Part shown: positions 1-9,553 of the stretch, piece after piece
Layout: each line of letters starts with the position of its first letter
How positions within the stretch are numbered: position 1 is the stretch's first letter
Source of the DNA: an uncultured Actinomycetes bacterium
Lineage (GTDB): Bacteria > Actinomycetota > UBA4738 > HRBIN12
NCBI GenBank assembly: GCA_963710985.1
Contig: CAVQCI010000003.1
Coordinates: 1,026,096-1,090,095 of the forward strand
DNA length: 64,000 nt
Direction of reading: 5' to 3'
Notes under the pieces: model-generated
Told to the model about the DNA's origin: nothing
Seen by the model: only the letters and a program-made list of their open reading frames with translations
Database searches by the model: none
Program-made: the position numbers and the translations under genes

Positions 1-218
1 CCGTGGGGACCCGCCGTGGCAGCCAGCGTGATGTACGCCGAATCGCGCCGCTACATCTTTCGGGCGGTGGTCGAGTGCGCCACCGGGTTCTGCATCGCCC
101 AAATCGCGGGGCATCGATCATCGGCAAGTGATTTCACGTGTTGCACGTCTTCATCCGATGCATCCGTTTCGACCTCGACCAACCATCTTCGGGCTAGGGC
201 ACATCGAGGAGCTCAGAC

Positions 219-1163
219 TTGAGGGCTGTTGTTCTCCACCGGTCGGGAGGGCCGGACGAGCTGCGCCTTGAGGAGGTCGCCGATCCCGAGCCGGCGGCGG
301 GCGAGGTGCGCATCGCCGTGATCGCGGCGGGAACCAATCCCGTCGACGCCGGGAACCGGGCCGACGGATCATGGGCTCGGATCGAGTTCCCGTTCGTGCC
401 TGGCTACGACGTCGCGGGCGTGATCGATGCGGTCGGGGCGGGGGTCACAGGCGTGAGCGTCGGCGACACCGTGATGGCCATGACGAGCTTCCCTCGAGGG
501 GCTGGCGGGTACGCCGAACTTGTCGTGACCACCGCCGATCTCGTCGCGATCCTCGAACCTGGCGTCGACGTGGTCGCCGCTGCGGCCGTCCCGCTGGCCG
601 CAGGAACGGCGCTCGAGGTTCTCGAGCGACTGGCGCTCGACCGTGGGAGCACGCTGTTGGTGCTCGGTGCGAGCGGAGGTGTCGGACAGTTCCTCCTGCA
701 GCTCGCCCGTCACGAGGGCCTCCGAACCATCGCGGCGGGGGGCCGATCCTCGCACGAGCGGATGCGCGAAGATGGCGCTGCCGCGTGCATCGATTACACG
801 ACCGAGGAGGTCGCTCAACGGGCGCTGGAGTTGGCGGGCGGGCCCGTCGACGCCATCGCCGACCTCGTAGGGGGAGACCTACTGACCCGCTCGATGGATG
901 CGCTGAAGCCGAAGGGGTCGGCGGCCTCGATCGCCACCCCGGCGCTCGATCTGGACGCGGTGCTCGACAACAACATCTCCTTCCACGGCGTGTTGATCGG
1001 CGACGACGGGAGACGGACCCGACGCCTGGCCGACATGTTCGCTCGGGGTGCATTGCGCCCCCACGTGAGTCACGTACTGCCGCTTGACGAAGCGGCGCAG
1101 GCGCATCGGATCCTCGAGTCGGGCCACGCCGGCGGCAAGGTCGTCCTCACCGTTCGAGGTTGA
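219..1163 (+). CDS. NADPH:quinone oxidoreductase-like MDR-family oxidoreductase
   Basis: 314-aa ORF with a TTG start preceded by GAGGA. GroES-like N-domain (FVPGYDVAGVIDAVG), Rossmann motif LVLGASGGVGQFLLQLA and C-terminal GHAGGKVVL are typical of the zeta-crystallin/QOR family. Confidence 0.85.
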   Translation: MRAVVLHRSGGPDELRLEEVADPEPAAGEVRIAVIAAGTNPVDAGNRADGSWARIEFPFVPGYDVAGVIDAVGAGVTGVSVGDTVMAMTSFPRGAGGYAELVVTTADLVAILEPGVDVVAAAAVPLAAGTALEVLERLALDRGSTLLVLGASGGVGQFLLQLARHEGLRTIAAGGRSSHERMREDGAAACIDYTTEEVAQRALELAGGPVDAIADLVGGDLLTRSMDALKPKGSAASIATPALDLDAVLDNNISFHGVLIGDDGRRTRRLADMFARGALRPHVSHVLPLDEAAQAHRILESGHAGGKVVLTVRG

Positions 1164-1656
1164 CGTTTGTCAGTCGGTCGGTCGGCTGGCTGGTGGGGTG
1201 TTCTCAGAACCCGCTGACCACACGGTTTGCGTGCTCGATTGCGGAGTACCCACAGGTAAAGAGGGGTAGTACCCACACTTGGGCCGCAAGCGTTTGGCCG
1301 AAGGGCGGAGTCCGATTGGTCGATTCCGTAGCCGGGCCACGCCGCTCGAGGGACATCCCGCGAACCCTCGCCGAGCGGGCGTCCCATCGCCTCAGCAGCA
1401 TCCGTGGAACGCCTCGGTTGTGCCGCCGGTAGTGGATCGAGTCTGACACCCGCGAGGCGGCGCGCCGCACGATCATCGGCTGATGGCCAAGATCGACGTG
1501 GCGGCCGGGGAAGGGGCCGGAAGTCCACGTGTGCGGGATACGCGGGCGGATGGCCGAAGGTCGAAACCGCATCGTGGCTGAACTACTCGTCAACGCCTGG
1601 CGTCCCTGGGCAACGTGATGCTTGGGCTGGCCTACGAGAGAACGCTAGGGAGGCGT

Positions 1657-1897
1657 AGACGCACGAAGGCCCCCCGGCCGAAGCAGGAGGCCAACTGTGC
1701 CACGCGCGACCGGTTCATGACGGGTGCGACCCGTACGGTGCGTGCGTGCTGTGAGTCCTTGGCATACCCGGGATGCTCCCGGCTACCACCCGATCGATCT
1801 AGAGGAATCTTCGGCCCCGCAGCCTTGGACAGACACGGCCCACAAGTCGTGATGTTGGCTCGCCCGCTACCCGATCTCCGGTAAGGCTTTGGGACTC
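1657..1897 (+). repeat. Structured repeat, long copy A (conserved ~95-nt core 1657-1753 plus 3' extension)
   Basis: Starts AGACGCACGAAGG followed by a GC hairpin. Core CGCGCGACCGGTTCATGACGGGTGCGACCCGTACGGTGCGTGC is identical to 21346-21440 and, in reverse, to 26471-26554. The 3' extension is roughly 90 percent identical to 21455-21554 by hand alignment. Confidence 0.8.
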
Positions 1898-1937
1898 GCC
1901 GCTGGGACGACGAGGGCAGTTTGGGTCGTCGGTTCCC

Positions 1938-2471
1938 TCAGGAACTGAAGTGCACCATCGCGGTCGCACAGCCCACACCCTGCACCCAGACGTTCTGGAG
2001 CCCCGAGATGTCGGGAGCGATGTCATGCGCTGAGACGATGATGTTCGCGGTGAACGACTCGTCGTTGCCGTCCCCGGCCCGGTAGAAGTCGGCCTGGAGC
2101 ACGACGGTCTGCTCGTCGGTGCTGGCGGGCTTGAGGGCCTCACTCAACGAGCCCGTGCACTTGAACGACGTCCCCGCCAGGAGGCTCGCCGTATCCCAAC
2201 GGACGCCCTCTCCGGCAAGACAGCCGGCAAGCGGGCCCTGACTCACGTCCGAATCGCATCGGAAGCCACCCGCCGAATGGACGGATCCGGTTGAGGAGTT
2301 GAAGCTTCCGCCGCCCGTCAAGAAGACCTGGCCCGTGGGGAACCCGGAGACCTCCGAAGCGTTGAATCCGAAACCTGTGTTCGGCCCGGCCGCGACGGCG
2401 GCACTGGCCCCGAGCGAAACGACGAAGAGCGCTGCGGATGCAGCGATCAGCATGGAACGGATCGATCTCAT
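1938..2471 (-). CDS. Secreted hypothetical protein
   Basis: Internal ATG at 2471 is preceded by GGAGGAAGG. N-terminus MRSIRSMLIAASAALFVVSLGASAAVAA is a signal peptide. The upstream part of the 216-aa ORF looks non-coding. Confidence 0.6.
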   Translation of the reverse strand: MRSIRSMLIAASAALFVVSLGASAAVAAGPNTGFGFNASEVSGFPTGQVFLTGGGSFNSSTGSVHSAGGFRCDSDVSQGPLAGCLAGEGVRWDTASLLAGTSFKCTGSLSEALKPASTDEQTVVLQADFYRAGDGNDESFTANIIVSAHDIAPDISGLQNVWVQGVGCATAMVHFSS

Positions 2472-2514
2472 CCTTCCTCCTTCTGCTCGGAGACAGCCTG
2501 CGTTCCTCGGCTGA

Positions 2515-2679
2515 CTACGACGTGACGGCGAACCGTGTCCCACCGATCCCTTGACCGTTCGCCTGGCCGGGCTGGGGGTCGCCAGCACGGGTGTAGAGCG
2601 ACATCCCGTTGGACGTGATCTGCTCTTCGCCGTCGGGCCGCTGGATCGTCCCGAAGGTGCCCGTCTGTCGACCGTTCAT
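2515..2679 (-). pseudogene. C-terminal remnant of a COG4315-like secreted repeat protein
   Basis: GTFGTIQRPDGEEQITSNGMSLYTRAGDPQPGQANGQGIGG resembles the terminal repeat of Yx(FWY)xxD lipoproteins. I found no matching N-terminal part or signal peptide upstream in the same frame. Confidence 0.3.
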
Positions 2680-3166
2680 CTGCAGGTGTACGGGCGAGCG
2701 AGGTGCTTGGCTCAGCCGGTTCGACACTTCCACGCACCCGCCGAGCCTCTCGTCAGGTGGGTCATGAGACTCGAGGCGGGCACGAGCTCGCCGACCTTCG
2801 ACACCTAGCGTTGTGTCGTGGCAGCGCGACCAGCTCCCGAAGGCGATCCGCCAGCTCGTACTCGACGACCAGCGGCTGCGGAACGACATCTGCTGGTCGG
2901 TGTCCCACTGCTAGCGGCCGAGGCCGGTCCGGCTCCGCGCGACCGCGAGACGGTTCGACCATCGACATCACAAGGCGGACCTACAGCGATTGCCAACGGT
3001 TTACCGCCGAAGCAGCATCCGGGGAATCGGCGAGCCAACCCGTCTTCCCTCCCGAGAACCGTCGCCCAGGCTCGACACGGTGCGGGGGGGCCCGTCTCGG
3101 ATGAGGGGTTACGCGTGGCGGCTACCCACGCTAGGTTGAAGGGGTCCGTTCCGGAAGGGGGAACCG

Positions 3167-3562
3167 ATGGACAAGGTCGTGCACTTCGAGATCACGTACG
3201 ACGAACACGCGCGGGCCAAGGAGTTCTACGCGTCCGTGTTCGATTGGGAGCTGAACGACGTGCCGATGGGCGGTGACATGGTCTACACGACGGCCACGAC
3301 CGTGCCCGTGGACGACAAGATGATGCCCACGGAACCGGGGGCGATCAACGGCGGGTTCACCAGTAAGGGGGCCGAGACCCCAGCGCCGGTGATCACGATC
3401 GGCGTGGGCTCGATCGACGACACGATCAAGAAGATCGAGGCGAGCGGTGGGAGTGTCGTGACGCCCCGCACCCCGATCCCCGGCATGGGTGCCTTCGCGT
3501 ACTTCAAGGACAGCGAGGGCAACACGATGGGCCTGTTCGAGACCAATCCGGACGAACGCTAG
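3167..3562 (+). CDS. VOC/glyoxalase family protein
   Basis: 131-aa ORF; GGAAGGGGGA precedes the ATG. VHFEI...FYASVFDWE and C-terminal GAFAYFKDSEGNTMGLFE are typical VOC beta-alpha-beta modules. Confidence 0.85.
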   Translation: MDKVVHFEITYDEHARAKEFYASVFDWELNDVPMGGDMVYTTATTVPVDDKMMPTEPGAINGGFTSKGAETPAPVITIGVGSIDDTIKKIEASGGSVVTPRTPIPGMGAFAYFKDSEGNTMGLFETNPDER

Positions 3563-3949
3563 CCAACGGCGGCCTGCTGCATCCGGCCGGGCGTGCGGAC
3601 GCCGCAGCAGTGGAGTCCGTCGGCGCGCCGCGCATCAGAGCTGCTGAAGACCGGGGAGTCGTATCCGAGGGCGGCTCGAAGTCTCCCTATGCCAAGAGGT
3701 CAAGGACGACACGCATCAGGGTCGCACCGTGTGTCGCCTGCGCTGACTCCGATGTTCGCTCCTCTGTGGGCCCGGTCAGCGCTCCAGGTCCTCTTGGATG
3801 TGGGACGTCCCCAAACGCGGTCAGGAGCGTGCGACGCCTCGGGTGGGACGTGCGCTCGCGGCCCGCGTCGCCGATGTCGGATCGGGACACCACGCCGGTC
3901 ATCTCCTTAACAGGGTCGGTGAGACTGCGCTTCTCCTCGCCGATCCCCC

Positions 3950-4081
3950 ATGGGTGACAAGTTGTACGGGTGGCCGCAGACGTTCGTCGGGGCCAAGCCG
4001 CCTGGGCCCGTGGCCCCAAGGCCTGATGGTGAGTCCTGCGAGAACCAGGCCCTCAGGCCCCTGTGGGGGATGAAACCCTAG
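3950..4081 (+). pseudogene. Remnant (C-terminal tail) of the XRE-like HTH mini-gene family
   Basis: Encodes DKLYGWPQTFV, matching the tails at 4698-4754, 24315-24467, 46198-46226(-) and 46735-46800(-). No HTH part is present upstream. Confidence 0.4.
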
Positions 4082-4121
4082 ATCGAGGCTCACGGGTTGG
4101 GTCGACTGAGGGGGAACGTTC

Positions 4122-4559
4122 ATGGCGACTTCGACGGTTCATGCTACGGGCCACTCGACGCGAACAAGGCTCGCGGTCATCGCCGCTGCCGGGTTCATCG
4201 TGCTTGGTCTCTTCCAGATCGCCCTGGCCTTGGGCGCACCGCTCGGTGAGGCGGCCTATGGGGGGACGCGCACCGACCTGCCGGCCTCGCTGCAGATCAC
4301 GAGCGCCGTTGCCGCGGTCGTCTACGGCCTGGCGACGCTTGTCGTCCTCCGTCGCGTCGGGTACCACGTGCCCCTCATCAGCGGCCGGGTGTCTCGGGTA
4401 GGGACGTGGATACTCGCGGGCCTGATGCTGCTCGGCGCGCTGATGAACTTCGCATCCTCGAGCGGATGGGAACGCTTCGGGTGGGGTCCGTTCGCGCTGG
4501 TGCTCGCGATCCTGTGCTTCCTGATCGCCCGAGGGGACCGAGGGTCGAGTCGAGCCTGA
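4122..4559 (+). CDS. Hypothetical membrane protein (4 predicted TM helices)
   Basis: 145-aa ORF with GAGGGGGA before the ATG and four hydrophobic stretches. It is flanked on both sides by HTH-tail remnants. Confidence 0.6.
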   Translation: MATSTVHATGHSTRTRLAVIAAAGFIVLGLFQIALALGAPLGEAAYGGTRTDLPASLQITSAVAAVVYGLATLVVLRRVGYHVPLISGRVSRVGTWILAGLMLLGALMNFASSSGWERFGWGPFALVLAILCFLIARGDRGSSRA

Positions 4560-4697
4560 GCGGCCGTCGCGTCGGTCCTTGTTCGCTCCTCTCATGCGCT
4601 CGCTCCTTCGGCGGCTGATGCCTGAGGACGCTGGACGGAGGCGGACCGGTGGTTCAGGGTCCAACGTCGCCTTCTGATCGGCCACCGGTCCTACGTG

Positions 4698-4754
4698 GAC
4701 CGGATCTGCAAGCTGTACGGGTGGTCGCAGACGTTCGTCGCGGCGAACCGCTGA
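4698..4754 (+). pseudogene. Remnant (C-terminal tail) of the XRE-like HTH mini-gene family
   Basis: Encodes DRICKLYGWSQTFVAANR followed by a stop. The upstream frame no longer encodes the HTH. Confidence 0.4.
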
Positions 4755-4930
4755 ATTCCCGTTGGAGAAACGAGCTTCGGTCTCCAGAGCATGGACGGAC
4801 ACCTTCCGAAGGACTTCGCCGTAACGCCCGTGCAGCACGTCGACGTATCCTTACGCCAGGCAACCTGACCCTGCGGAGGCGTGCACCTGGTTCTTCTGCG
4901 CTTAGCGGAGCTCGTTCTCTATGCCACCGA

Positions 4931-7456
4931 TCACTCCGGCAGGCGGAGGCGTTTGAGCAGCAGCGCGTTGACGGCCACGAGCAGGCTCGACCCAGACATA
5001 GAGATCGCTGCGATCTCGGGGCGAAGGACGAGCCCGAAAGCGGGCTCGAAGACCCCGGCGGCGATCGGGAGCGCCACGGAGTTGTAGCCGATCGCCCAGC
5101 CGAGGTTCTGTCTCATCTTCCGAACGGTTCCCCTGCCGATGTCCAAAGCGATGGGCACGTCGAGCGGATCCGACCGCATCAAGACAACGTCAGCCGTCTC
5201 GATCGCGACATCGGTTCCGGCCCCGATCGCGATACCGAGATCCGCTCGCGCCAATGCTGGCGCGTCGTTGACGCCATCCCCGACCATAGCCACCCTTCGA
5301 CCTCCCTCCTGCAGGGCGTCTACCTGGTCGGCCTTGTCTCCGGGAAGGACCTCGGCGATGACCGTCTGCACCCCGAGCTCGTGGGCGATCCTCTCCGCGG
5401 TCGCTTGGTTGTCGCCCGTGAGCATCACCACTTCGATGCCGGCGTCCTTGAGCGCGGCGACGGCAGCCACCGACGTGTCCCGAGGGGCGTCGGCGATCCC
5501 GATGATCGCCGAGGCGACACCGTCGATGGCGACGCAGACGACCGTCCGTCCGCTGGAGGCGAGCTCCTCGCGTCGCTGCGCGAGTGGACCGAGTGATACG
5601 GCCTGCTGCTCCATGAGCCTGAGGTTCCCGACGGCCACGCGCCGGCCGTCGACGACGGCAAGCGCACCCTGACCTGGAACGTTCTCGAACGCCTCCGCGC
5701 GAGGGTTGTTCCTGCCGTCCAACTTCTCGGCGGCGAACGAAACGACGGCTTGCGCGAGGGGGTGCTCGGACTCGGTCTCGACGGCGGCGACGAGCGAAGG
5801 ACTTCGATCTTCGACATGCCGTCGACCACGAAGTCGGTAACCTCGGGCTCGCCCTTCGTCAAGGTGCCCGTCTTGTCCATCACGACGACGTCGATGGACG
5901 CAGCCGTCTCGAGCGCGATCGCGTTCTTGAACAAGATCCCGCGTTGGGCGCCCAGGCCCGTTCCGACCATGATCGCGGTGGGTGTCGCGAGCCCGAGGGC
6001 GTCGGGACACGTGATCACGACCACGGTGATCGCGAAGAGCATCGCCGTCGCGAAGTCCTTCCCGGCGAGCATCCACGCCACGAGGGTGAGGGCCCCGCCG
6101 ATCAGCGCGACGAAGACGAGCCAGAACGCAGCCCGGTCGGCCAGACGCTGGCCAGGTGCCTTCGAGTTCTGCGCTTCCTGGACCAGCTTCACGATCTGGG
6201 CGAGCGCCGTATCCGCTCCGACCTTCGTGGCCCGAACTCGGAGGGTGCCGTTCTCGTTGATCGTCGCACCGATCACTTCTGACCCGGGACCCTTCGAGAC
6301 CGGAAGGCTCTCACCCGTTACGACGGATTCGTCGACCTCGCTCTGACCTTCCTCGACGGTCCCGTCGACACCGATCTTGTCCCCGGGTCGCACGAGCATG
6401 AGGTCGCCGACCACCAAGTCTGCTGTGGGGATCTTGACCGAGACCCCGTCGCGGATCACCGTCGCCTTCGGAGGGGCGAGGTCGAGGAGCGTTCTGATCG
6501 CGTCGTTCGCCCCACCGCGGGCCCTCATCTCGAACCAGTGACCGAGGAGGACGAACGCGGCCAGCACCGACGCCGCTTCGTAGAACGTGTCACCTCCTCC
6601 GGTGAGCGTGACGCCCAGCGAATACAGCCAGCCGGCACCGATCGCGACCGCGACGAGGACCATCATGTCGAGCGTGCGGGCGCGAAGGGCGCGGACGGCC
6701 CCGTCGAAGAAGATCCACGACGAGTAGAAGACGACCGGAAGACTGAGCAGCAGCAGCCACACATCGTCTCGAAGGCCGAACGGCGCCGGCGCCGAGAAGT
6801 GAAGGACGTCCCGTCCGATGGGGGACCACAGGAGGATCGGGACGGACAGTATCGCGGCCACCAAGAAGCGGTTGCGCATGTCGCGCACCATCGCCTCCAT
6901 CGACGTGCCCGCGTGGCCGCCGTGGCCCATCATGTCGTGGGAAGAGGGCAGCGTCCTCTCGGCGGGCATCTCGTGGCCGGCGTTGATCCACGGGCATCGC
7001 GTGATCGCCGTGATCCACCGGCATCTCGTGCCCCGGGTGTTCCGTCTCCATCTCCTCATGCGTCTCGTGGCTGGCAGGCTCCGCATGCGTCGCGTGCCCC
7101 GCATGTCCGGGGGCGACGACCGTGGCGACATCCACCGGGTCCGGTTCGGACATGGCGTCGCAGATGTGGTGGGGTACCGATTGGCCGGCACAGTGGTAGC
7201 GGCACTCCTCGACCCACCGACGGAGCTCGGCGATCGACGTCGTGCCGGTGTCGTACGTCACGGTTGCCGTCTGCGACACGGGGTTCGCTTCCACGCGCTC
7301 GACCCCTGGTCGGCGTGCGAGGGCGCGTTCGACAACTACCTTCTCGCTCGCGAAGTTCAGACCCCAGACCTGAAGGACTACCGTCGCGAGCTTGCGGTCC
7401 CCGTTCTGATGCTCGCTCCCCACCAAGCTTGGGCCCACGTGGGCTGCGTGGTCCAT
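4931..7456 (-). pseudogene. P1B-type heavy-metal (copper-type) translocating ATPase, interrupted by two apparent frameshifts
   Basis: Three ORF pieces join into one ATPase. The N-terminus has a degenerate HMA domain, CRYHCAG and a His/Met-rich tract. The core has TGES, DKTGTLT, SEHPLA, GDGVNDAPAL and a TM6 motif that reads CPD. Frame changes lie near 6975-6995 and 5791-5794; restoring one nt at the latter gives the canonical [18 protein letters not shown]. Confidence 0.85.
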
Positions 7457-7479
7457 CGTTCCCTCACCTCACTCGTCCA

Positions 7480-8583
7480 CTATGAGCCCGTCGTTGGCGC
7501 TGAGCCGACGGGGAGCTCCACCTTCACGCCGCGTTCTGCCAGACGAGCGAAGAATCGAGCCGGGTCAACGACTTGCTCGGGCATCCAGGCGCCGGGCTCG
7601 GCGACCTCGCCGTCCAGCAGTGACCGCACGAGAACAGCCGTTCCGGCGGCGGTAGCGTCGGCCTGTGCCCCGCCGACCACCGTCGCATAGCTCGCGTTCC
7701 CGTCGCGCGTCACATCGACGCGCAACGCGAAATGCTCGTGGCGACGCGGAGCGCGATCGCGGCGGCGCTGCACCAGCGCGCGACGAACGCCCTCTCGCCC
7801 TACGACCCGTGTAGCCCGTGTCCGCACCAGGAGCGCTAGCAGCCGGGCCAGGCTCGGCGGGTCGAGCGCCAGCCGCGACAGCACGGTGCGGGCGCCCATC
7901 GTGCGCGGGTACAGCACCTGGTCGGAGAAGGGGAACAGATACGCCTGCCGCGACCCGATCGGCGCGGGGAAGTCGACGCGGCGTGGGTCGCTGAACGCGT
8001 GCCCGGGACGGTCGGCACCATCGACGTGCACGTCGAAGGGCATCGTCAGCTCCTGCAAGAAGTAGTTGAACGACGCTGGGCCTGCCGCGTCGCCCGCGTC
8101 GAGCAGTAACGACGTCTCGATGGTGTCCGACCCGCCGAGCGCGTTCGCGACGCCGCGCACCATCACGTTTGAGATCCCGGGCACGATCCCGGCGCCAAGC
8201 AGGACGCGCGAACCGGACGCTTTGGCCGCACCATCGATCCGTTCGTACGCGGCACCGCGCCCGAGCTCGCTCAGGTGCGGAGTGATGTCGGTGTAGCGCA
8301 ACCCGCGCTCGATCACGGCGTGCATCAGTCCGCGCTCGGGCTGGTCGATAGAGTTGATGGCGAGCGCGACATCATCGAGCGCCGCCCCGATCGACTCGGG
8401 GTCAGTCACGTCGAGGGCGCGGCCGCGAACCCCGTGGCCGATCGCTGCCGCAGTCGCGTCTGCGCGCTCGGCGTCTCGCCCGGAGACGATGAGGCGTCCC
8501 GGATAGTGGGGGGCGAGCTCAGCGGCGATCCGACGGCCGACGACGCCATAGCCGCCTGCGATCAGTATCGCTTGGCTGCTCAT
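7480..8583 (-). CDS. Saccharopine dehydrogenase-like NAD(P)-binding oxidoreductase
   Basis: Start taken at MSSQAILIAGGYGVVGRRIAAELA (Rossmann GxGxxG). The length and C-terminal domain fit the saccharopine dehydrogenase family. Confidence 0.75.
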   Translation of the reverse strand: MSSQAILIAGGYGVVGRRIAAELAPHYPGRLIVSGRDAERADATAAAIGHGVRGRALDVTDPESIGAALDDVALAINSIDQPERGLMHAVIERGLRYTDITPHLSELGRGAAYERIDGAAKASGSRVLLGAGIVPGISNVMVRGVANALGGSDTIETSLLLDAGDAAGPASFNYFLQELTMPFDVHVDGADRPGHAFSDPRRVDFPAPIGSRQAYLFPFSDQVLYPRTMGARTVLSRLALDPPSLARLLALLVRTRATRVVGREGVRRALVQRRRDRAPRRHEHFALRVDVTRDGNASYATVVGGAQADATAAGTAVLVRSLLDGEVAEPGAWMPEQVVDPARFFARLAERGVKVELPVGSAPTTGS

Positions 8584-8894
8584 CGCTATTCCTTTCAGGG
8601 GTGTCTCGCCCCCGAACATGGTGCGGTGAGATGAAGAACCGACGAAACGGTTGTGTACGTTCGACGATTCTCGCTGCCACGGGTAGAAGGTGACGATGGT
8701 CGCTGCTGGCTGACCAGCGTGAGAGGCTGGCCCGACTCAAGCCAGGTGCGCTACCGAGTCGGCACAAGGCTTCATCAGGGCCGCCTCCGAGCTCGACGGG
8801 GACCTCCGCCGCGGAATCCGTGCGGTTGCGGTGGTGGCTGGAAGGATCCGACGACATGATATGGGGCTGGAGCGACTCCTGGGCAGGGTGGGGG

Positions 8895-9356
8895 TCATGC
8901 GTGGGGCGACGTCGCGAAGAGGATCGGGCAGACAAGGAACGCCGCTCGGCACAAAGGCGAGCAGAACTTGTAACTCTCGCCATCCCAACGAGTAGTAAGC
9001 GGACGCTGGTTGGTGATCGGCATCCCACAGATGGGGTCGAATAGACCCAGCGTGCCGGGCCGATCGCCGAAGATGTAGTCCATCTCCTCTCGCCAGCGGT
9101 ACCGCTCGCGATCTCCTTCGACTTCCACATCCGTTATGCCTTGCTCCGCGAATCGCGACAAGACCGCCTCGGCCTCGCCGAGGCTAAGGTGACGATCTCT
9201 CGCGAGGTCCTCGGCAGAAACGGACTTCCTCTCGCCACCGACAAGCGCAAGGTAAGCGGACCGCTCTGCGGCCGTCCCTAGATGCGCTCTCGCGAACTGG
9301 GTCCAGGGGTCATAACGCTCAGTGATCGTTCCTGTGCTCGCTCCACTCGTTCCCAT
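8895..9356 (-). CDS. YHS (TRASH-type) domain protein with helical N-terminal domain
   Basis: C-terminus FDPICGMPI...YKFCSPLCRAAF is a YHS/TRASH metal-binding motif. The gene is divergent from the lgt-ccmF ORF. Confidence 0.7.
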   Translation of the reverse strand: MGTSGASTGTITERYDPWTQFARAHLGTAAERSAYLALVGGERKSVSAEDLARDRHLSLGEAEAVLSRFAEQGITDVEVEGDRERYRWREEMDYIFGDRPGTLGLFDPICGMPITNQRPLTTRWDGESYKFCSPLCRAAFLVCPILFATSPHA

Positions 9357-9553
9357 GCCTGTGAGTCTGGTCGCTCCGTTCGCCGCCTTGATGTGGAACG
9401 CGTGAACGTCATGTGAAGCCCGGCGTGAATCGGGAGAGCCGCCGGGAGGCGGCTAGGAGGGCCGGATCACGCCCCACAGCGGGTGCGGGAGCCGCACACC
9501 GCGTTCACAACCTCCGCACAGAGTGAGCATCGACCGTCCCTAGCTTCGGTCGC

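Noticed and set aside
1204-1593. Shared ~70-nt segment between 1428-1500 and 26815-26890 (minus-strand VSDSIHYRR / VSDSIHCRR) as a possible transposase remnant.
   Set aside because: The similarity is real, but I could not match either translation to a transposase or any other family, and there are no terminal repeats. It is left unannotated.
5780-7000. Programmed ribosomal frameshifting as the explanation for the two frame changes in the P1B ATPase.
   Set aside because: No slippery heptamer or downstream structure is visible at either site, and P1B ATPases are not known to use recoding. Mutation or assembly error is more parsimonious.
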